In this document: one piece after another, positions 25,869-37,008 of the stretch
Numbering within the stretch: the first letter of the stretch is position 1
How the letters are laid out: each line of letters starts with the position of its first letter
Source: Phoronis australis
Taxonomy: Eukaryota > Animalia > Phoronida
DNA: 64,000 nt
Direction of reading: 5' to 3'
Assembly: GCA_002633005.1 (NCBI GenBank)
Contig: NMRA01000061.1
Span: 262,957 to 326,956 of the forward strand
Translations under genes and position numbers: made by a program
The notes under the pieces: model-generated
What the model saw: only the letters and a program-made list of their open reading frames with translations
Databases searched by the model: none
What the model was told of the DNA's origin: nothing

Positions 25869-26040
25869 AAATAACTCCATACGTTCCGTTGTCTGAGTTT
25901 GTTCACGGCGCCTCTCTAGTATTTCTTCATCACTGTACTCCTGTTCGAATTGATAGCCTGTAAAACTTAACGATCCACCAGCGAAGTCGGGACTGATGAG
26001 CTCTAGCTCGTCCTTTGTCGGGATTGCGACGGTTGCCATG
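25869..26040 (-). pseudogene. KolX-like N-terminal exon relic (second Kolobok family)
   Basis: MATVAI..TGYQFEQEYSDEEILERRR..ERMELF followed by a G|GTAAG donor; resembles GYMFEPECNEAE of the 17629-18030 protein; an AG-type end GCATGCTCCT|TTAA lies at ~27150-27162. Confidence 0.45.
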
Positions 26041-27496
26041 TTGGCGTTTATTACTGAGCACTCTAACGGTTTCAAAATGAATTATTCTCACCCTAACCAA
26101 TAGTTATATAAAACTGAAACAAAGTCCGTCTCATTAGATGCAATTTGTAATGCTTTTGGAGTGTTCGTGAGTGCAAATGATTTGAAAAGCCAGCAATGAA
26201 TAAATTACTGCGTTACCGGCTTTAGGTGCAATAAAACTAGTTGACGAGACACCGAGGCCGTGTGAGCTCATGCTAATTTAGTGTTTGTTGGCAGAAACTG
26301 TTGTGAAGCAACTCGATTTCCATCCCACGACCAGGTGTTAGGGGAATCTTTATTAACATTTACATTACTCAAATAATGATGATCAATGTACAACTTCTGC
26401 CCTGACGGTGCTGTTGCCAAAGCGGAACCTGAATTCGCGGCCCCCGATGAGTAAGTAGATTTGCAGTTTCGTGGCTAATTCACCAACATAATCACGTGCA
26501 CATTACTTTGGCTCACTAGTATAGTATTTTCTTGACTGGAAGTTTAGTTTCCACTGAACTTTGGCTGGTTTATGTTCGTGATGTCTGATCAGTTTCCGAG
26601 CCATTGGTCGCGGCAACGCCGGATTCAATCCGGACGGCCGCGACGGGCCTGATCGGGCTCCGAGCCACTGGCCAGGATAACAAGCGTTTTGTGCTTAGAA
26701 CTCGAAAAATCACAAGTCTAAACAAGTCTAAACAACACAGATCTAGGTTCTCCTGTCTGTATCTCATGGAAAATACTTTGAAATTATCTCCGAACAGACC
26801 CCCAAACTCCTGCTACGGACCTAGTTGGCCTGCCGAACTTTGTAAGCTGCGGTGTGTCCAAATACCAACGAATCCGTAAGAGCGAAATAAAACAACACGT
26901 TTTTATAAGAACCCGGTGTATTTTTAAAGGTTTTACATCGAAGTTTGATGATTTATTGGTGTTAAACGATGACTTCAAGCGATAATCTGACACCAGTAAC
27001 CCATGTTGTGCGTGTGAAACCGATGAGGTCATTGGATAATTTCATTACCTCCGTCTGCCGTCAGGTGTCAGGTAACGCAACCGTACGTGTCGTTATGGAG
27101 TAGAACTACTCGATCTAAATTGATACAAATTAGGTTGTTTTTTGGGTGGCATGCTCCTTTAAATTCAATCAGAATCCGACTGGCGTTATGGTATTTCGGA
27201 CTGTGACTGTTACATGTACCTGTTCAATTTTTAGTTATAGCAGATTTTAAACAGACACGTTATTCATGGTTTCTGGGCTTTTTTACCAAACTGAGAATTC
27301 AAACCATAAAATGAAATATTTTCACTTTCTAAGTGTTTAATGGTTTTCAAACCCTTAGCCAATTGTCTTTTTATTGCATGGGTTGCACTTAGGCTACTGT
27401 AAATAAATTCCGAATGCTTCGAATCGTGTCGCTTATATCAATACATGTGTTTTAACCTTTTTACAACCTGTTGTTGTAAACGCTTGCCTTGTTTAA

Positions 27497-27779
27497 AGGA
27501 AAACACAACCGTTTTTGATATTACGTTTAGTAAAACTCAACATGTAATCGTGGTTATCTTTTTATTTAAACCCTACTGTTAACGACTGTTCGTGTTTGCT
27601 CCATGAAAATGAAATGCAGAAAGAAGATGCTGGCTTTTTGTTGAGCGGTTTACGTCAATCCCTAATGTTCTGTGGATAGTAAACATATGCAATAATAATC
27701 AGCACGAAAAGGGGTATCTTCAAGAAAACCAGGAATCTGTTTGTGCTTAATGGTACCATCAAAACCGGTTATTTACCCT
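27497..27779. mobile_element. Short Kolobok-type MITE
   Basis: TTAA|AGGAAAACACAACCGTTTT ... AAAACCGGTTATTTACCCT|TTAA. Confidence 0.55.
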
Positions 27780-28199
27780 TTAATTTTATTGCTCCCTGAA
27801 GATGAGGCATGACCAAACTCGAAATATAACATTCATTCGACATACTGTCTGTTACGTCTCTTGATGAGTTCTATGTTTTTGTTCTTTTGACCACAGACAT
27901 TCACAAATACTTGTTAACAATGAGTTTGTGAGAGTGTTAAGTCTGAGGAGACAGCACTGCCGTGCCTTTAAATAAGGTTGCATAATAAGGTACAAATAAG
28001 TACGATTGATACGCTGACGTGTTTATTCACAAAATACCGCTTTACAACATTTTTATGGTTACGAGTGGATTAATTAAGATCTTTTCAATGTTTGTTTTGT
28101 ACGATGGCCCAAAGATGACATCGCGCGTATCTTTTTTAATTATCTCAGGACCTCGAGATCCCGACTTAATTATCTCGGGATAATTTTTCTCAGTGTGTC

Positions 28200-28555
28200 G
28201 CTATACGTAAACAGTCTTCTGGCGCGTTGCATTGCCATACCATCTGAATCGACAGCGCAAAGAATGATTCGCTAAGTTTTTCGATTCACCACTAAGCCAC
28301 CAGTGACATATTTGTGGTGCGTGAATCTATAACCATGATGCTGCCCTGGCATCGATATTTGTCAGTGTATGAAACCAATCTTATCATCCATTTCTGAACT
28401 GTTACGACGTGCGAGCCCTAGTCTTGACAACAAACGCCGAATGTGCCTAATGCTAATAATGACACCAAAGCGATACCTGGGCATGTCAACAGTTTCTTTT
28501 TGCGTCAGCCCTAAGTTGAAAAGATCCCCAACAGCTCCATCTCTATCCAAATTGG
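28200..28555 (-). pseudogene. IS3EU transposase N-terminal fragment
   Basis: LFNLGLTQKE..FGVIISIRHIRRLLSRLGLARR..GQHHGYRF..GLVVNR..DSDGMAMQRARRL, with stops and a frameshift. Confidence 0.7.
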
Positions 28556-28845
28556 AATATCCTTGGTAACAGAAAACAGGCCAATCATGTGAGACCGATT
28601 TTATAACAGCAAGAGGCCTAATTTTTGTTTTTCTCTGCCAACAATACTAGTAGTTATACTGCAATTTTAAGCGGAAAGGGCATCCTTAAAATCACCCCAT
28701 TAACATCGGATTCGTAAATCTGTATTGGCGTATGGGATGTTGACAGATGGAAGTTTTTAACATTAGTTACTGATGTTTTGTTGGTATGACGTGTCCTGAT
28801 AGCTCTACTAACAGTGTGGGTCAAGGTTATAGATGGCCTTGATTA

Positions 28846-28890
28846 CTTGTCCTGATGATGGTATGTGAGATATCGAAACCTGTTGAGATT
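28846..28890 (+). ncRNA. Hammerhead-like motif (slightly degenerate)
   Basis: CUGAUGA U GGUAU-GUGAG-AUAUC GAAAC CU GUU; stem I imperfect. Confidence 0.5.
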
Positions 28891-29279
28891 GAAAAATCTC
28901 GTTTTGTTTATTAATATTGCCACTTACCTTCCTTCGATGAGACCATAAGCGTTATACCCGGTTTCACGCCAGATAGGATCTCGTGTGCTTTTACAAACGT
29001 TGAAAGTTGAGTCATTTATCTTATTACGTAAAATGTTGAAAATTTTCCAGTTCAGCTGCCATTTGAATTATTTGATTAAGTAATATGCCCATCACATTGT
29101 TATGGCTCACAAGTGTGAGGTTTAAGGAGTACGATTGAAAAGGTGCACTTGCGTAAAATTATTCTTGGAGTACAGTCAGTATAAGTTGGAACCGGCATCT
29201 CCACTATTACAGTTTTGCTCGGGTGGCAATCAACTATTTTTCGCTGAAATATTTGTTTACCCTTAGAACATTTATTTTC

Positions 29280-29383
29280 TTGCACAACTTGCCTGCAGCC
29301 CATATTATACGCAGTTGCACAACTTGCCTGCAGCCCATATTATACGCAGTTGCACAACATGCCTGCAGCCCATATACGCAGTT
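29280..29383. repeat. 35-bp tandem repeat x3
   Basis: TGCACAACTTGCCTGCAGCCCATATTATACGCAGT. Confidence 0.9.
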
Positions 29384-32054
29384 TCACTTCACACAAAGCT
29401 ACGTGATCTACATCTGCTCTTTCTCTACCACCTGTCAACAGTCACACACATGTATGTAGCAATTTTTAAAATGTTCCTGTCAATTTTTGAGGCCCCTTGT
29501 GAGTTTCTGAATGATTATCCTTGTCCAACTGAGGCTGACCGGCCCAAACCTATGGAACTTCCTTTTGTTGCGCCGTTTTTTCGGCGTGTGTTTCTCCATC
29601 ACCTATGGGCCCCTTTAACTGCCACGGGCTCCCGTTTTGTGAGCCCTCCTTTCCACTCTCTCTCGACGTCCCTGACCTAGCATTCAATTAAATTGCAACG
29701 TGTTTTTATGCAAAATACTTCGAGTATTTGTTGTGAAAACCACGATTTAGTAGTTGAGACCGGTGACCATTTGAAAACAGACTGTGTTGATAGAAGGTCC
29801 CAAGATAATTAAGTCGGGATCTCAATTAAAAAAGAAACGCGCAATGTTATCTTTGAGCCACTGTACTTTTGTGCCTGAACTTTCACTATAAGATCGCTAA
29901 GAAAATTTGATTTGGATTTATAGCGTTGTTATTCAAGGTATGCATGACCATGGCTTGTATAAAGCTACAGGTGTTCAGGGAACGCCCAACCCGATGACTT
30001 CATTATTTCGTTTTGTTCAAAAGCAACTTGAGTTAGCGTGTAGTTTCTTTTTTCAACCACCCTAACTTGAAAACAAGCTTCATTTTAGTTGTTCAGTCGA
30101 AAATTATGTCCGAATGATACTTATGTCAACACACTCCCAATATTTTCAAGCTTAAATGAATTTAATTATTTTGAATTTTTTTGGTTATTTTTTTATTTTC
30201 GATTGCGCACCACCACCACGTTTGGTGGCCGTAGTGAGTGACAGCTGACTCATGCATTATGGTTTCTCATTGAACTGCCCCCATATGTAATGCAGTTTCC
30301 GTGGACACCCTGACCTCTTTTTAAAAACACTTTAAAAACTTAATAAAAATATGACACGACACAAGCAACGAAGAAAGTTACGAAATGTTTAAATGTTAGT
30401 GCTATGTTTTGACTGACGAAACTCCTCCTGTGTTTGAAATTGGTGAATGTAAAGCACTGTCCTAAACACACCAAAACTACTGCCACCTGACGAGCATCAC
30501 GCATGGTACAGTTCTGTCTTGAATAACTAGAAGTGCAAGTATGCGACATTTAAAATCATCCGCCAGGCAATGCTGGTCTCAGTTGTACCGAGTTATAAGG
30601 TGTCGAAGGTGTTGTTCGATACGACTCCCGTGATACATCTATGCCATTAAATTATGGGTATCAACCAGTGTATGAAGGTTAATAAACAACACGGAAATCT
30701 TGTTGGTGTGCCTATTTCATAAAACTTTTAGCAGATTGCTACCTACGTTGTAATTACGTCTAATTATATTAGAAGTACATATGAAAGTTACTCACACACG
30801 TGCGAGGCAGTCTATTTTTACAATTTGTCCTACATTTTACCGTGTAAACTGTACGGGGTGAGGAGATTATTAATTGGATACGCTAAGGCTTTGTGATTGG
30901 AAGTTGTGGAAATAAATACATTTTTAATGAAACAACCATTGAGTGCATGAGTTATTACGAATTAGATGAGCTATCTGATTAATTACAATTTAATATACCA
31001 CCTGTGCTTTATTGGTTAGAGATCAACACCTTTGCATAATCGCTTTTTGTCACAGGAAATTGCCTCCGTTGTGTTCACGTTAATTGTCCAAAGGATCTTA
31101 AGATTTAGCTGCAAGTTGTGTAGCATCTATGTTAAGTGTGCTTGACTTTCATCGTCAAGCCAGTCTCTCAATGGATTGATTTGCTTATGTAACAACCCAA
31201 GCTAATCAGCGTGCGTGTACCTAGGACAAATCGCCTGTACACTCTTCCACAGCGCCATCTCTGGAACATTGATATGGCTTGAAGGGAACAGGAGAAAATT
31301 AACATTGATTGCTGGCCATGTTTTATTCGACCTCAGACTCCTATCAAGCGACGTCTATAAATGAGCTTGGGCTAACGGGGCCTGATTAATACATATAGTT
31401 TATTAAGCTTTTTGTTACAGTCATGTTTACCTTATCAAACTGAAAATTGTGCACTTCTATTAGGTTTTCAGACTTCTTGTATATATTATAGCAGGCTTCA
31501 GCAACTTGTAAAAAGGGGAAAAATGAACTTTCGCGAAGTATTGTTACGGCCATCTTTAACCATTGGAATGCGCTTGTTCAACAGACACCTCTTGCTAATT
31601 TTACGGTCATCTTCCTAAGATAAATCACGTCGAGGACAAAATGGGGACGCGACGGTAAAATGTTTCGCTTCGGTTGTCGTTCAAATTTTCAATCACAAAA
31701 TAGGGACGTTTCTGGCCGACAGGCATCAAAAACGCTCGTATATATTGGCGCCGCTCAAAAAAAAAACTAATCGGACATAAGGCTGTTTAAACCACTTTTA
31801 CTGACTCTCTGGCAAAATCTCTATTGGATTTGTCTGCTTTGACTAGTAAAATTCCGCGTGTACATGTAGGTATCAGAGAGCACGTCTTAATTTGAACTTT
31901 GCCGTAGATGAGCCGGAAAAGTAGTCATCTTTTCATGTCTTGTGACATTGAAAAAGGCACAGAATGTGTGTGGAATGCATCGATGTAGTCTGTTCCACTT
32001 GCAACAGTCACCAGTCACTATATTCATCACCAACGTCCAACCAATCGGAATGTG

Positions 32055-33964
32055 TGTTGTAGTATCGTATTACTATGTAGCGTAGTCATATATTGCTGTG
32101 AATGAAGTAGTTCTCTCGGTACTTAGTCTTCAAATATAAACCTACTGTTCTAAACCTGGTGTCTTCATTATCGCCTCTAACCGGCCAGATAATACTTCAT
32201 GGTAGCAACGGTAAAAACACAATCATACCTGTGATTGCCAGGACCGATATTGTGCAACTAAATGGACTTTGGAGAAATGCAGAAACTATTTTTCGTGCAT
32301 CTACCGGGAACCGGACAACGTGAAGCCGCGACGCGCCCTTGTCTGCAAACCCTATAGTACCTGTCCGTCAACCAGCAGACGCAAATTCGTAAGTGCAAGA
32401 AACGACTGTTCTGAACGGACAATCGGTATTCAGTTATCATAATACTACCCACGTTTTATTCCTGGCCGAGGATAGGAGAAACACGGANGAGACCATAAAA
32501 GACTTACCTGAGCAGGCACGTCCATACTGGGCCTTCCGGGACGAACTAGCTGTCGAAGCCGGAATCCTGTTCAAGGGACGACAAGTTCTGATACCTGAAC
32601 AAATGAGAGACGACATCTTACGGCAACTCCACGAAGGGCACCAAGGCGTCGAGAAGACCCGACGGTTAGCCCGAGAAAGTGTATACTGGGTAAATATCAA
32701 TGCAGACATTGAGCGACTATGCAAGTCGTGCCCACTTTGCCAGGAGTTCCAAGATGCCAATCCACGACAACCACTCAAGCCCCATGATATACCTTCCAGA
32801 CCATGGCAGTTAATCGCATCTGACCTATTCGAGATTGATGGCAGACACTTCTTGCTGACCGTTGACAGATATTCGAAATACCCTGTAGTTGACGAAATGA
32901 AAACGTCAGTGACCAGTCATGCTATAACCACAAAGATTAGAGACTACTGCTCTCTGTTTGGAAAACCAGACGAAATTATGACTGACAACGGACCACAATA
33001 CACTGGTCCAGCTTTCAAAGCATTTGTCACCTCTTGGGACATCAAGCATGTCACCAGCTCACCTCACTACTCCCGCAGCAATGGCTTCATCGAACGCCAT
33101 GTAAGACACATTAAGTCCGTTGTGAAGAAGTGCTTACGACAAAAGTCTGATATCGCCTTAGCAATGCTTCAGATCAGAGCCACTCCGATTGACGCAAAAC
33201 TTCCATCACCAGCAGAATTGCTATTTGGCCGACCAATAGTCACGACTCTACCGAGCCGCTCTGAACCTGGTGAGGATGCACATCGCAGAAGATTGGATGA
33301 ACGAGCTACAAACATGAAGGACCATCATGACAAACAATGCTTTAAACAATCGCTTCCAAGCTTGTTTCGTGGTCAGCATGTTAGAATCCTCGATAAAGAA
33401 ACCAAGACTTGGTGCCCGGGTACCATCGTACATCAAGATGAGAATCCGAACAGTTATATCGTCGAAGCCCCAAATGGCACTAGGCTTCGCCGTAATAGAC
33501 ATCATTTGCGAGACATGATGCCGAAACGTGTTCATTTCAGCGACGACACGCCTACTCACTCAACATCTACTGCCACATCAGAGGACTCTCGCACTACACC
33601 AGCAGTAGCTGAACCAGAGTCCATCATCAGGAGATCTGAGCGAAAGACTTCAAGACCATCTCGCTACAAGGATTTTGTTTAAATATTAGGACACTAGCTT
33701 ACTAAGATATCATATGCGCAATCATACTTACTTGCTTAGCACCTGCTACAAGATCAAGTTATCACCATTGATCATTACGCTATAACCGTAATATAATCAC
33801 ATTTACTAAAGAGGGGGGATGTTGTAGTATCGTATTACTATGTAGCGTAGTCATATATTGCTGTGAATGAAGTAGTTCTCTCGGTACTTAGTCTTCAAAT
33901 ATAAACCTACTGTTCTAAACCTGGTGTCTTCATTATCGCCTCTAACCGGCCAGATAATACTTCA
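32055..33964 (+). mobile_element. Ty3/Gypsy (Mag/SURL-like) LTR retrotransposon, 1910 bp as assembled
   Basis: Identical 145-bp TG..CA LTRs (32055-32199, 33820-33964), 5-bp TSD ATGTG, PBS TGGTAGCA.. at 32200, PPT AAAGAGGGGGGA at 33808-33819. Confidence 0.95.
32489..33682 (+). CDS. Gypsy integrase (HHCC zinc finger, DDE core, C-terminal domain)
   Basis: LHEGHQG..CKSCPLC; ASDLFE, TDNGPQY, SNGFIER; intact to the stop codon; recognisable pol sequence begins right after an N at 32488. Confidence 0.9.
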   Translation, partial: ETIKDLPEQARPYWAFRDELAVEAGILFKGRQVLIPEQMRDDILRQLHEGHQGVEKTRRLARESVYWVNINADIERLCKSCPLCQEFQDANPRQPLKPHDIPSRPWQLIASDLFEIDGRHFLLTVDRYSKYPVVDEMKTSVTSHAITTKIRDYCSLFGKPDEIMTDNGPQYTGPAFKAFVTSWDIKHVTSSPHYSRSNGFIERHVRHIKSVVKKCLRQKSDIALAMLQIRATPIDAKLPSPAELLFGRPIVTTLPSRSEPGEDAHRRRLDERATNMKDHHDKQCFKQSLPSLFRGQHVRILDKETKTWCPGTIVHQDENPNSYIVEAPNGTRLRRNRHHLRDMMPKRVHFSDDTPTHSTSTATSEDSRTTPAVAEPESIIRRSERKTSRPSRYKDFV

Positions 33965-34839
33965 ATGTGTAAATGTCACCTTCCAACCAATCGATATGTC
34001 TTAATGTCACCTTCCAACCAATCGGAATGTACGAATGTTTCTTAGTGCTTTTAACCGACGAAACGCCAGATTCATCAAACGTCGCAGTGTTACTGCTCCC
34101 GGAGTTCTGCTAATGTTATCGTCGAGGTAATTTCCGGAAATAGAAATGTACCCTCGTAAATAAGCCATGGCAGAAGTTTTGCCTTTTGTTTTAAGTCAGA
34201 CTCTTCATTGGTTTAAGGTTTTGTTAAAAGCCTGTGACTTTTAACAGAATTCATTCAGATTTTTATAAGCTTTAACTATGTCCACGATTCTTTCACCACT
34301 GACTTCAGAGCCGGTTATTTACACGAAATGGCCTCTGCGTTTCATTCTGAGTTGCTTTCATTTAGTTTCAATTCTGTAAAATAACACCAAGATCGTCGCA
34401 GTTACCTCGAAGTAATTGTAGTATCATTAGATTGTAACCGGCTTCAGTAAAGAAAACCATAGTCAACTATTTCGACAAAGGAGTTACATATACTTACATA
34501 TCAACTATAGAAGTAGAAAGCCTTCTGTCGTGAATTTATGCCTCTTGCTCCTACGCAAAAGCAGCAACACAAAGACGAAGGTATAAACCAAGACTTTCAA
34601 CATTTATCATGATAATATTGTTTCACCAAGGACCTTTAAGCAGCTTTTACTGACAAGTGGAAAGTTCTAGTAATCAATAAAGGATTTGGAGGGCAAGAGT
34701 CCTAACAATTTGCTATCAACCCGTCCTGGATGACCTCGCGCAAGGCAACTGTTGTCAGTCTAGGGCAGTTTTATTTTTCAGCGAATCTGACGGCAATGAT
34801 TACGAAAACGCCAACGATGATCGAGGCGCTGCTGCTTCA

Positions 34840-34867
34840 GATGGTGATGATGACGATGATATTGATC

Positions 34868-34900
<33 letters not shown>

Positions 34901-35075
34901 TTGATGATGATGATGATGATGATGTTGTTGATGATGATGATGATGATGATGATGGTTTTGATGATGATGGTGATGGTGATGGTGTTGATGATGGTGATGA
35001 TGACGATGATGGTTGTGTTGGTGATGATGATGATGGTAATGGTGATGATGATGATGATGATATTGATGATGATAT

Positions 35076-35119
<44 letters not shown>

Positions 35120-35143
35120 GTGATGGTGATGGTGATGATGATG
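34840..35143. repeat. (GAT)n imperfect microsatellite
   Basis: ~100 GAT/GGT/GTT triplets. Confidence 0.97.
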
Positions 35144-35745
35144 TTCAAAAGTAACTGTAACACCTACCGAAAATGAGGTTGGAAAACTAACAACGTGCAT
35201 GCACTGGTAATGTAAAAAATGCAAAATTCAACGTTGCTGCACTGGCAATGTAAAATATACAAAACTCAACGTAGGAGACTTATTAAAATCGACCACATTG
35301 TTGCGTACGCCTGCGGTCGCCAAGCAAGTGATTGTTTGAACACGGAGACGTGTCTCCGAGAATGGCTGTTGGTCATGTAACATATTGTAAATTATTGGAA
35401 AATTACAAATTAATCAACCATTGTGCTAATGAAAGAAAGGTTATATAAGATGTCTCAAGCAAATTTATTAAAATCTCGTCGCAAGGTCTTTGTACTTGCG
35501 GCTCGTTCAATAACACGAGATTCCTCTAGGAAAAGCTTTAGCCGGTGGACAATGAGCTGTAGGAGAACATTTCAGCACTATTTTTCACAATGTTGCCAAG
35601 GGTGTGGAAAAGCAACAAACTTGCTGCGAATTACATCAATCAATTGAAGCCCAGAATTGCAAAAATGTGCACATGCGTCATGTTGAAATAGCACTGTTAG
35701 AGAGAACAAGTTTTAATGAAGATAATATTTTGCACTGATGCTTAA

Positions 35746-37008
35746 AGAGGCATGGAACGCGAAAGCTCGTCAAAAACATCTTTTAAACAATACCTGAAGA
35801 AAGTCCATCTCACAACGTCTAGTACAGAGTATTTCATTTTCCACTGTAAGGAAATTTCCAGAACAAATCACAAAATTCACGATTTTTGAAATAGGCGCGA
35901 TGGAAAAACTCTGTTCTTACCACATACAGTAGTTTCTAATTTCCCTCCCATTTAAAGAGTTCCCACCATGACCCCGAGTCTTTAGTATACCTGTTGCTAA
36001 GAAAAATGCTCTGTTATCGAGGTTGTACGTACATGTAATTGGTGGAATACCTTCTCCCCGATTGTAGTTTTTATCAGTGCGATACTGAGGAGTTGTGATG
36101 AAAGTTCGCAGAGAGCCGCCTTTCTCGGACATGAAAATGTGCGTTTGCGGACTGGAGGCTGTAGTAACAAAAACTGGACCGAGAACGTCTCTGTGTTCAA
36201 ATTTTCTGAAGATTTGGAAGTTGCATAGAGGTGACAGCGAATGTCAGTGAATGGGATTTGTCCGGGGAGCCACCATTTGTTCGGTAAATTTCAAGGAATC
36301 TTCTCTCGAGCAAACACAAATTAAAGCGTCATTACAATAAAGGATTCGCCACCTTTTAACTGTATGTGCAAATTTTCGTAAAAAAACGAACAAAATATTT
36401 TATCTCTAGAATGAGTGATGCGAGGCACTTTTCCCCGGCCCAGATCGAGTGCTACGATACGTAGGCTTATGCATTGTGCTTAGACTGTGCTCATTCTACC
36501 ATGACAATAGTGAATAACAGAGAACCAGATTTACTGGGACCTTTGTCAGTAATTATTAAGTGTCTATTTTGTGAATATTGACTACCCCGTGGTTCAATCG
36601 GTTGAGCGTCACATATGTCTGCGAAATGTCTCATGCAATTGGGTCGAGTTCATAAGGCCTCAAAGCCGACGAAAGTTCGCTAAATGGGTAATCTAATTCA
36701 TTGTTTCATTCTTCAAATACTTGGGTGTGATGCCAGTATCCACTCTCCTCTCTGTCTGCACAATAGTTGTCCAGTTCTTAATAAAAGTCGTACTCGTCTG
36801 CTGACCTGCTGTGTTCCGCCATCAGTCAAGTGACCGAGCGGCACCCAGTACATCATTTGGCGGGAAACTTGGAAATGACTAATTTGTCTTCAAAATTAAA
36901 AAGTTCACAACTATTTGACATAAAAACTGCTTATTTAGTTAGATTTTATGATATTCATTTCACAACTGAAATCTCAAAAACTAAGAAAATGCGTCAGTGG
37001 TGGACCCT
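35746..37008 (+). mobile_element. Degenerate Kolobok-like element with a THAP relic (36131-36310)
   Basis: TTAA|AGAGGCATGGAACGC left end related to the 15961 family; MKMCVC/GGCSNKNWTENVSVFKFSEDLEVA*R*QR/ATICSVNFKESSLE; right end CCCT|TTAA matches the left end only weakly. Confidence 0.55.

Larger units (their letters stand above)
28100..29865 (-). mobile_element. IS3EU-type DNA transposon, deleted/degenerate
   Basis: TIRs TACGATGGCCCAAAGATGACATCGCGCGT.. / ..ACGCGCAATGTTATCTTTGAGCCACTGTA with shared GAGATCCCGACTTAATTATCT; flanks GTTTTG/CTTTTG (6-bp TSD, 1 mismatch). Confidence 0.75.

Noticed and set aside
29280-29383. CRISPR-like array (35-bp repeats)
   Set aside because: Contiguous tandem units without spacers; eukaryotic context; no cas genes
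32393-32488. N-terminal extension of the integrase ORF
   Set aside because: Starts at a non-ATG codon, shows no pol similarity and is joined through an ambiguous N
34730-35224. Poly-Met, poly-His and poly-Ile ORFs
   Set aside because: Translations of the (GAT)n microsatellite; no splice or domain context
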